32,000 nt of DNA, from NCBI GenBank assembly GCA_964012805.1, contig CAXGUD010000007.1, forward strand, positions 88,931 through 120,930. The letters run 5' to 3'. Position numbers and translations under genes: made by a program. Source of the DNA: an uncultured Bacteriovoracaceae bacterium. GTDB taxonomy: Bacteria > Bdellovibrionota > Bacteriovoracia > Bacteriovoracales > Bacteriovoracaceae. Positions 14,799-21,992 of the stretch are shown one piece after another; within the stretch, counting starts at the first letter, position 1, and every line of letters begins with the position of its first letter. The notes beneath the pieces were generated by a model. The model had not been told where the DNA came from. It was given only the letters and a program-made list of their open reading frames with translations, and made no database searches.

Positions 14799-16364
14799 TT
14801 GCAAGGGATGCAAACCTCTACAAAGAAAAAACTTAAAGATTTCTTGAGAGTCTCCTCGGAGTTTAAATTAGGTCAGTTAGATACTGAAAGAAGCCACTTA
14901 AAAACTAAAAACTTATCTGTTCTCGCTCAAGAAAATGTCAATGAAGCCATTGAAATAATTTCTGATATAGATCTTAAGGCCATAAGCATACTAGAAAATG
15001 AGCTAGGCCCTATCAAGGAATTGAAGAAGGAAATAGAAGGGACGATCGAATCAGGTGGTAAAGTTTTTATTTGCGGTTGTGGAGCAACCGGACGGCTCGC
15101 TCTTACTATTGAGAAGCTCTGGCGTGATGAATGCAAAAGTAAAAAAGTTAATTTAGATGATAGGGTTGTTAGTTTTATTGCAGGAGGTGATGTCGCTTTA
15201 ATTAGGTCAATCGAAAACTTTGAAGATTACCCTGACTATGGTGCTAGACAACTGGTAGAGTTAGGCTTTTCAGAGAATGATCTTTTGATTAGTTGTACAG
15301 AGGGGGGAGAAACACCATTTGTCATCGGCGCAACTGAAAAAGCAATAAGCATTTCTAAAAGAAGGCCCTTTTTCCTTTATTGCAATAGAAATGAAACACT
15401 TACTAGGGTTGCTGCTCGGTCAAGAGTACTAATTCAAAGCCCAAAAGTGAAAAAAGTAAATCTTGTTACTGGGCCGATGGCCTTATCTGGAAGTACGAGA
15501 TTGCAAGCTTCAACAGTTCAGATGCTATTTGTAGGATTTGCTTTGCTTAAAAATAATAAAATTAAGGATGATCTTAATTTTTTATATCATTTTCTTAAAA
15601 GCAAGCCTTACCTTTTTCTCAAAAGCTTTATTGAAAAAGAGGCCAACTTTTTAAGGCAAAATAAACTGTTGTTATATTCAACAGATGAAAACCTCGGCAT
15701 TACAGTTTTAACAGATACCACGGAAAGGGCCCCGACATTTAATTTAAATCCTTTCGAGAATTTCAAAGATGGCTATTCTATACCATCAAACTTTTATCTC
15801 TATTTTCCTCACTCTAGAAATTCGCTGGAAGCTTGGAAGTTACTTCTTGGTAGAGCACCCAGAACTTTTTTGTGGAAAGAGGTAACTGATGAAACATGTT
15901 TTGACCGGTTAACTGGTTTTGATTTTAGTTGTGAACTTATTTCTAAAAGAAGAAATCTTGATGTTAGTCATGAGTTTTTTTCGATTCATCAGAAAGAAAA
16001 AGGGTTACTATTTAAGCTAGGTGACCTTGAGCACTGCTTGATTATTGAAAATAATAGACCTCTTATTGTTCATATTATTCTAAAAATGGTTCTAAATACT
16101 CTTTCGACTTTAGTCATGGGTAAGCTAGGACGTTTTCAAGGAAACCTTATGACTTGGGTCAAACCAAGTAATAACAAACTAATTGATCGAGCAATTCGAT
16201 ACTCTCAGGTTTTATTAGAAGAAAGGGGAATCACAGCGTCTTATGAAAATGTTGCCCGTGCATGCTTTATGACCCTGGAGCAGGAACAGTGGAATAGATC
16301 TCTAGTAATGGAAATAGTTAAGAAGGTTGAGAAAGATCAGCAAGGCCATGATAAAGTTATTTAA
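14799..16364 (+). CDS. Extended SIS-domain protein of the MurQ (MurNAc-6-P etherase) / GCKR family
   Basis: It aligns by eye to E. coli MurQ blocks. GGKVFICGCGATGRLA matches GGRLIYLGAGTSGRLG. FIAGGDVALIRSIENFEDY matches LIAGGEYAIQHAVEGAEDS. ISCTEGGETPFVIGA matches GIAASGRTPYVI. LSGSTRLQASTVQMLF matches GSSRMKAGTAQKLVLN. FQGNLMTWVKPSNNKLIDRAIR matches FGNLMVDVVATNEKLHVRQ. About 170-200 extra residues lie between the last two blocks. Start is uncertain (TTG 14799 or ATG 14808). Confidence 0.7.
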   Translation: MQGMQTSTKKKLKDFLRVSSEFKLGQLDTERSHLKTKNLSVLAQENVNEAIEIISDIDLKAISILENELGPIKELKKEIEGTIESGGKVFICGCGATGRLALTIEKLWRDECKSKKVNLDDRVVSFIAGGDVALIRSIENFEDYPDYGARQLVELGFSENDLLISCTEGGETPFVIGATEKAISISKRRPFFLYCNRNETLTRVAARSRVLIQSPKVKKVNLVTGPMALSGSTRLQASTVQMLFVGFALLKNNKIKDDLNFLYHFLKSKPYLFLKSFIEKEANFLRQNKLLLYSTDENLGITVLTDTTERAPTFNLNPFENFKDGYSIPSNFYLYFPHSRNSLEAWKLLLGRAPRTFLWKEVTDETCFDRLTGFDFSCELISKRRNLDVSHEFFSIHQKEKGLLFKLGDLEHCLIIENNRPLIVHIILKMVLNTLSTLVMGKLGRFQGNLMTWVKPSNNKLIDRAIRYSQVLLEERGITASYENVARACFMTLEQEQWNRSLVMEIVKKVEKDQQGHDKVI

Positions 16365-16515
16365 ATTTGTCTTTATCTTCTTTCTTCATTCCTTCCTTAA
16401 AATTTTTTAATGACTTGCCGAGTGCCCCACCTAAGTCAGGGAGTTTTTTACTTCCAAAAAGAAGAAGCACAAGAAACAAAACAATAATAATTTCTGTCGG
16501 GCCTAAACCAAGCAT
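16357..16515 (-). CDS. tatA: Twin-arginine translocase subunit TatA/E (52 aa; absent from the ORF track)
   Basis: Hand translation gives MLGLGPTEIIIVLFLVLLLFGSKKLPDLGGALGKSLKNFKEGMKKEDKDKFK*, a canonical TatA (TM helix, FGxKKLP hinge, amphipathic helix). AAAGGAG SD lies upstream. The start is 13 nt after the MBL gene stop. The 3' end overlaps the convergent SIS gene by 8 nt. Confidence 0.9.
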   Translation of the reverse strand: MLGLGPTEIIIVLFLVLLLFGSKKLPDLGGALGKSLKNFKEGMKKEDKDKFK

Positions 16516-16527
16516 CAAAGAACTCCT

Positions 16528-17226
16528 TTAAGAAATAAATGGGTTGGATTTTTTTTCGGCATAAATTTGTGTTAAAGGTCCATGCCCTGGAATAACATTC
16601 GTTTCATCATGAAGGGTTAGTAACCTTTGTTTTATTGAGTTTATAATAAGATCTGAGTCCCCACCTGGTAGGTCAGTTCTTCCTATTGATCTTTGGAAGA
16701 GAGTATCTCCAGAAAATAAAATAGGAAGCTGAAATTTTTCTGAAAGAAAACAGCAGGATCCAGGGGTATGACCAGGGGTGTGAAGAGTATTAAGGATATT
16801 ATTGCATTCATTATTATTTTTTGAGTTTTCTGAAAGATGAAAGTTTTGTTCATCTTCTATATAAAAATCAACAGGGCGTGTTGGATCATCAGTTTTCGCT
16901 CCAAAAAATAGGCCTTGCTCTTTTAGGGCTTCATAAAGATAGAGATCTCCTTTATGTAGATATAATGGCGCATTTGTTAACTTATTAATAGAGACTGAAT
17001 GTCCGATATGATCAAAGTGAGCATGGGTATGAATAAGTTTTGTAACTTTTAAGCCTTTCTCTTTAATAATTTTGGATAGAGTTTTTTTATCATTCCCTGG
17101 ATCTACAATTATACACTCTTTGGTTTTAGTGGAGTATATAAGTGAGCAATTACATGCAAAGGTGCCAATGGGAAAGGTTTCGACTTTTAAATCATTATAT
17201 TCATGTTCAAAAATAAGTGGGACCAC
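16528..17226 (-). CDS. MBL-fold metallo-hydrolase (hydroxyacylglutathione hydrolase-like)
   Basis: HTHAHFDHIG (HxHxDH), TPGHTPGS, SGDTLF and PGHGP metal-ligand motifs. GTG start with AAAGGA upstream. Confidence 0.85.
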   Translation of the reverse strand: MVPLIFEHEYNDLKVETFPIGTFACNCSLIYSTKTKECIIVDPGNDKKTLSKIIKEKGLKVTKLIHTHAHFDHIGHSVSINKLTNAPLYLHKGDLYLYEALKEQGLFFGAKTDDPTRPVDFYIEDEQNFHLSENSKNNNECNNILNTLHTPGHTPGSCCFLSEKFQLPILFSGDTLFQRSIGRTDLPGGDSDLIINSIKQRLLTLHDETNVIPGHGPLTQIYAEKKSNPFIS

Positions 17227-17339
17227 TTTTTTAATCCTTTCAAGTCCTGGGGCGATGCAAATGTACCTGTGTTAACGGATAGAGAGAGACTATAACTTCC
17301 AAAAGAGAAGGAAAAGAGTTAATGGCGATACAGAGAGGA

Positions 17340-17543
17340 CTATTTATTTTGCGGTGAGTTGTTGCGGCGGGGTTCAATGCCTTTTTCTTGATTAAGTAAG
17401 TCAAGGGCATGGCTAAAGCAGACACCACAATCCTTGCCAATTCCAAGCTTGCTAAGAATCTCTTTGTGGGATTTCCCACGATTTGGCTTAGCTTGCTGTT
17501 TTAGGCTTTCTTCAGTTATTCCTTTGCAAATACAAATGTACAA
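17340..17543 (-). CDS. bfd: Bacterioferritin-associated ferredoxin-like [2Fe-2S] protein
   Basis: MYICICKGITE...GKDCGVCF matches the Bfd C-x-C...C-x-x-C ligand pattern and the E. coli Bfd N-terminus (MYVCLCNGV). TTG start with AAGGGG SD 8 nt upstream. Confidence 0.8.
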   Translation of the reverse strand: MYICICKGITEESLKQQAKPNRGKSHKEILSKLGIGKDCGVCFSHALDLLNQEKGIEPRRNNSPQNK

Positions 17544-17813
17544 TTTGAAGACCCCTTATTTTGTTTTATGTTATATTAAAAAGTTTCAATAATCAAACTT
17601 TTATTCGTCATGTAAAATAATTAGCTTTAGGTAGTTTTGGCAAATGATAATTGGAAAAACAGCGTATAACTGTTAAGTTATTGAAATTAAATAGTTTTCT
17701 GCTTGAGCATAGTAATGACGTTTTTAGCTTAAAAATTGACGAGAGAGGTTAAAAAAGTGGAGAATATTATAGTGGGTCAACAAAAAATGTGTGTTTAAAA
17801 AGGTCCCAATTTA

Positions 17814-19679
17814 ATGAAGCTTTACAAGGATGTAAGTTTTTTGTTTCGGTTTGCTAGGGTTCTGTTCACGACCCTCGTTATTTTTTTTAATCAAGAATCA
17901 TTTTCGTCTTACCCCTTTATCGCAGAAGTAACCCTTGTACGTGGTAAAGCTACGTTTTTACCAATTCCCGAAAAGAAGGCACTTACACTCAAGAAAGGTA
18001 TAAAAATTCGACAAGGCACCTCAATTGTTACAGGTAAAAATAGTTTTGTAAGACTTAGGTTTAAAAATGGCTCTCTTATCAGTTTGGGATCTAATAGTAA
18101 GATAGTTGTTTACAATGTTGGCAAGAAGAAAACTGGAGTAATTTCTCTTATTGAGGGAAAGCTAAGGTCCAAAATTGAGAAAAAAAATAAGGGCCAAGGC
18201 TTCTTTGTAAAAACGAGAACAGCTGCTTTAGGTGTTAGAGGTACAGAGTTTCAAACTATTTATAATAGGGAAAATAATGTAACATCGATGCTCACTTACG
18301 ATGGAAAAGTACAAGTTATTAAAGTTAATAAAAACTTAAAGAAAAAAACAAAAATTCTTCCAAAAACTGATAAGGAAATTTTAGAAAATAGAGAAATAGA
18401 ATTAAGAGAAGATTTGAAATCCAAAAGTGCTCAAGCTGTGGAAAAAGGCCAGTATGTAGGTATTAGCCCTAAGGTTAAAACTCCAAGTTTTCCCGTTAAA
18501 ATCTCACCAATCCAATTTACTGCTTTATATAATAACGACGAAATGAAAAAAGAAGGGGAAATTTCAAAAGCTGTAGATAAAAATGGTAAATTGATTGACC
18601 AGGTTGAGCAAAAGGCTCCCTTGGAAGGATTCAGAAATAGAAAAACAGGCAGTTATGCTCCTAGATCTGGAGGATTTCTTGATTTTAAAACGGGACTTTA
18701 TGTCCCTCCAAGTTTTAGTAGTCAATTTAATGAGAGGTTAGGTGTTTACGAAGATAAAAATATAGGGAGTGTGAATTTAAAAACAGGTCTTTATATAACC
18801 CCGGAAGGCTTGGATTTAGATCCAAAAAAAGGCTTTGTCCTTTCAAAAGAAGGTAAGAGTACTGAGAAGGCATTGAAAAAAAAATTGACTTTTCTTAACA
18901 GAAATATGGAGGTCCAATCTCCTTTAATCAGTAGTCGATTTGAGAAGAAGAAAAAAGAGACATTTGCTAAAAGTAAAGAAAAGAAATATTTCTTTGATAA
19001 AAAACAATTGTTAAAAAGAAACACACTTACGGTAGAGGTTGCAACCTTCTCTGAGAGTTTGGGTTTTGAGGATAACAATCTCGATAATAATAATTCTTTA
19101 AGTAACAGTAGAAGTGAACTCAATCTGTCCTTATTCCATGGTGGTAATAAATTTGGTCGTTTATTTACATCTTTTTCTATAGGTACGTATTCTAGTTCTA
19201 AAGTACATGAAGGATCAAACTTGAGAGGTTTAAAGTTTGGTGTTGAGCTTGATTACGAGAAATTCAGATATTTAAAATCATCTCTTATAACATTAGGCTT
19301 TCAAGAAAAGTTTTATAATTTTTTTCCATCTGATTTTTCGACAACAAATGTGACTTACTTAAAAAGAATTTTTGTTCCTCAGTTAGAAGGAGAAACGGCC
19401 ATTAATATTTTGAAAATGAAGAGGCTTGATATTAATGGAAAGGCCATGCTACGTTACCTCTTTCATTCTCGAACCGACTCAGGACTATCTGCTAAGCATG
19501 GTTTTGGTTTTGGGATGGGTTTGAATATTAGATTTGGAGTCATCCCACAAAAATTATGGTTAAAAACTTATTTGGATTACAGAAATGAAAACCAGACGGT
19601 TAACGGCCCTTTAGATAAATTTATTCAAAAAAGAGGGCAGGTAATTGCAGGCCTAAAGCTTTTTTATGATTTGATTTAA
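17814..19679 (+). CDS. FecR-domain protein with a long Lys-rich linker and a possible C-terminal beta-barrel
   Basis: Hydrophobic N-terminus. FecR-type beta-sandwich signature (VRGKATFL...IRQGTSIVTGKNSFVRLRFKNGSLISLGSNSKIVV...LIEGKLR...TRTAALGVRGTEFQ). The last ~230 aa show alternating hydrophobic/polar strands rich in G/Y/F/N. Confidence 0.6.
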   Translation: MKLYKDVSFLFRFARVLFTTLVIFFNQESFSSYPFIAEVTLVRGKATFLPIPEKKALTLKKGIKIRQGTSIVTGKNSFVRLRFKNGSLISLGSNSKIVVYNVGKKKTGVISLIEGKLRSKIEKKNKGQGFFVKTRTAALGVRGTEFQTIYNRENNVTSMLTYDGKVQVIKVNKNLKKKTKILPKTDKEILENREIELREDLKSKSAQAVEKGQYVGISPKVKTPSFPVKISPIQFTALYNNDEMKKEGEISKAVDKNGKLIDQVEQKAPLEGFRNRKTGSYAPRSGGFLDFKTGLYVPPSFSSQFNERLGVYEDKNIGSVNLKTGLYITPEGLDLDPKKGFVLSKEGKSTEKALKKKLTFLNRNMEVQSPLISSRFEKKKKETFAKSKEKKYFFDKKQLLKRNTLTVEVATFSESLGFEDNNLDNNNSLSNSRSELNLSLFHGGNKFGRLFTSFSIGTYSSSKVHEGSNLRGLKFGVELDYEKFRYLKSSLITLGFQEKFYNFFPSDFSTTNVTYLKRIFVPQLEGETAINILKMKRLDINGKAMLRYLFHSRTDSGLSAKHGFGFGMGLNIRFGVIPQKLWLKTYLDYRNENQTVNGPLDKFIQKRGQVIAGLKLFYDLI

Positions 19680-20584
19680 TTCAGGGAAGCTTTCAGCTTC
19701 AAGATAATTTCCCTAGCAATATTAATTTTCGAGAATTTTTCGAACTGCTCAAAACCTGGAGAACAATTCATTTCTATAATGAGAGGCCCTTCTGAGGTCA
19801 TTAAAAAATCTAACCCAAGGTAAAATGCTCCGGAGTTTTCAAACGTTTTGTGGGAGAATTCTAAGATTTCTTTGGGAAGGTTTTTTGAGGTAATATATTT
19901 AGGAGATGAAACTAATCTTTCACTATTCTTTCTAAAATCAAAAGGTTGTGGCTGCTGTTTCAAAACTCCTCCAAGGCATTCACCTCCAAGGAGAAATACT
20001 CTAAATTCATCAGCACCATGAATATATGGTTGAAGAACAAAGCGTTGATCTTTTATTGCCCAGAAAGTTTCTAAAAAAGAAAAAAGAGAATCTTTTCCTC
20101 TTACAATGTTAACACCTAAACCTCGATTACCTCGATTAGTCTTCAAAATAAAAATATCGTCCTTTAGGTAAGGATAAAAAACAACATCTACTTCACTTAG
20201 AGTCGAGGTGAGAGGAGCTCCCCTAATTGAAAGCGTAGGAATTTGTGGAATTTTTTTTTCGAAAAAAAATAAGGCTTGTTTTTCTTTATCTCTAAAACTT
20301 CTTAGTACTTTAGGGTTATTTTCTATTAGAGCGCCTTTAAGAATTAGATTTTCTGAAAAAAGTAAATCAAAGTCATCAAAGCTGACACCAGAAGAGCGGT
20401 GTAGCCCTATAGTGCCTTCTTTTAAAAGATTTAATGCGCCATGAAACTTTGCTCTGGATGAGTTAAAGGAGATAGTTTCTTGGAAGGGGTTAAGAGTTTT
20501 TGCTTCTAGCTGAAGTAACTCAGCTTCTTGGATCAGCCGTGTCGAAGTACGAGTGTTTGGGTTCTGAGTAAGAAGAAGGAACAT
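19676..20584 (-). CDS. ATP-grasp ligase, RimK-like (alpha-L-glutamate ligase family)
   Basis: About 300 aa, the size of RimK. ATP-grasp C-terminal motifs are present: FVLQPYI, EFRVFLLGGECLG, GAFYLGLDFLMTSEGPLIIEMNCSPGFEQFEK. The 3' end overlaps the convergent FecR-like gene by 4 nt. Confidence 0.7.
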   Translation of the reverse strand: MFLLLTQNPNTRTSTRLIQEAELLQLEAKTLNPFQETISFNSSRAKFHGALNLLKEGTIGLHRSSGVSFDDFDLLFSENLILKGALIENNPKVLRSFRDKEKQALFFFEKKIPQIPTLSIRGAPLTSTLSEVDVVFYPYLKDDIFILKTNRGNRGLGVNIVRGKDSLFSFLETFWAIKDQRFVLQPYIHGADEFRVFLLGGECLGGVLKQQPQPFDFRKNSERLVSSPKYITSKNLPKEILEFSHKTFENSGAFYLGLDFLMTSEGPLIIEMNCSPGFEQFEKFSKINIAREIILKLKASLN

Positions 20585-20623
20585 AATTGAAGCCCATGAT
20601 TTTTATTATTTGTTCATTAAAAT

Positions 20624-20644
20624 CTTTTCTGAAGACTAGAAAAG
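20624..20644. promoter_or_regulatory. 7-bp inverted repeat in the ATP-grasp/M14 divergent promoter region
   Basis: cttttct-gaagact-agaaaag lies centrally in the 129-bp divergent intergenic region. Confidence 0.25.
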
Positions 20645-20713
20645 AAGTTATACTATGCAGCCGGTGGTATATTCAATATTATTGATACTCCAAAAAGGTT
20701 TTGTGGAAACAAA

Positions 20714-21832
20714 ATGAAAAAAATTTTAATTCTTATTTATCTGGCTATTTTTCTTTATCAAGCAGATTCTTTTGGTGTTATTGATAGGCGCGGTGCAAAG
20801 AGTCTTTCTGGGCTTGTTGTAGGCAAAGAGGTAGATTTAAACTCTAATTTGTTTTCACTTTCTGAAGAGAGCTTTCCTGAGGTGCAACAATATTTAGATT
20901 ATATCTTAGATATCAAGGAGTCCTCACTTAAGAAAAAGAAAATACTTCACAAGGTGCCTTTAAAACCAGAAAAAGAGCCTGTGGTTAAGTTAAAACCGAA
21001 AGTGGCTAAATTTTGTAAAAAAGTTAGTAAACGCTTTCTTCACTACGGATGGGGAAAAAGTAAGTGCAGCCGCTACCCCTGGAACCATGTGAGAAACTCC
21101 GTAACTGGAGATCCATTGATTTGGGTGACATACGGTAATGAAGAGTTGCATAGGGAAAAGCCCAAAAACACTACCTTAATTTTATGTGGAGTTCATGGTG
21201 ATGAAATAACTCCAGTTAAATTTTGTTATGACATTATGAAGCATGTTAGAACCAATCAGCAAGCCTATAAAGAAAAATTGATTGTGATCGCTCCCATAGT
21301 TAACCCTGATTCTTTTTTTAGAAGAAGGCCTACAAGAACAAATCATAGAGGGATTGATATCAATAGAAACTTTCCAACGAGAGACTGGAGAAGAAATGCT
21401 CTCAAAATGTGGAAAAGGCGTTATAGAAAGGATAAAAGAAGGTATCCCGGTAAAAGACCCCTAAGTGAGCCAGAGGTTATTTTTCAGGTCAATTTAATAA
21501 AAAGATATAAGCCAAATAAAATAATTTCTGTTCATGCACCTCTCACAATAATTGATTATGATGGGCCTACTAAAAAGGGAAAAAACTTCAAAAAAGCCTC
21601 CCAGCTTTTGGTCCAAATGAGTCGAAAAGCTAGTGGCTATAGGATTAAGAACTACCCCTTTTTTCCAGGAAGCCTTGGAAATTGGGCCGGTAATGAGAGA
21701 GGAATTCCTACCTATACTCTAGAGCTTCCCAGCTCAGATAATAGAAAGCACAAGGAGTATTGGAGGCTTTTTAAAAGTGCAATTCACGCAGCTCTTCTTA
21801 AAGACTTTAGGGTTGATCAGGAAAGTTTATAA
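20714..21832 (+). CDS. Secreted M14-family zinc carboxypeptidase/amidase (MpaA-like)
   Basis: Signal peptide MKKILILIYLAIFLYQADSFG. Zinc and catalytic motifs GVHGDEITP (HxxE), NPDS, GIDINRNFP, SVHAP, TYTLELP. An unusually basic insert is present (RRNALKMWKRRYRKDKRRYPGKRP). Confidence 0.8.
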   Translation: MKKILILIYLAIFLYQADSFGVIDRRGAKSLSGLVVGKEVDLNSNLFSLSEESFPEVQQYLDYILDIKESSLKKKKILHKVPLKPEKEPVVKLKPKVAKFCKKVSKRFLHYGWGKSKCSRYPWNHVRNSVTGDPLIWVTYGNEELHREKPKNTTLILCGVHGDEITPVKFCYDIMKHVRTNQQAYKEKLIVIAPIVNPDSFFRRRPTRTNHRGIDINRNFPTRDWRRNALKMWKRRYRKDKRRYPGKRPLSEPEVIFQVNLIKRYKPNKIISVHAPLTIIDYDGPTKKGKNFKKASQLLVQMSRKASGYRIKNYPFFPGSLGNWAGNERGIPTYTLELPSSDNRKHKEYWRLFKSAIHAALLKDFRVDQESL

Positions 21833-21992
21833 TAATAATTTGGATTGAGTTAAACAAAAAAAGTTTCTGTTTTAATTCTGTAAACTTCTGAATTCACGAC
21901 TATTTTGGTTTTTTTGAACTAAACGCTCACTTTTACGAGAATTCTACCGAAATGCAACTTGTAAGGTCAAGTAATGTGAGGGTGGCACAAGA

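Noticed and set aside
17072-17479. ORFs 17072-17275 (+) and 17240-17479 (-, 79 aa).
   Set aside because: The first is antisense to the MBL hydrolase 5' end. The second overlaps the bfd-like ORF in another frame, and the bfd frame is supported by the CxC...CxxC ligand pattern and an SD.
17637-17655. Possible Fur box (ttggcaaatgataattgga) in the bfd/FecR divergent region.
   Set aside because: Only one good GATAAT hexamer (AATGATAAT) is present. The second half does not match the 19-bp Fur consensus. In an AT-rich intergenic region this is within chance expectation. It would need a genome-wide Fur motif model to revive.
20250-20270. An A-T9-CG-A8-T palindromic homopolymer pair lies inside the ATP-grasp CDS. 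It is slippage-prone, so phase variation was considered.
   Set aside because: It encodes an in-frame FFFEKK segment, and the ORF is intact. Long A/T runs are frequent throughout this AT-rich window, for example the T9 run at 4574-4582. A single sequence gives no evidence of length polymorphism.
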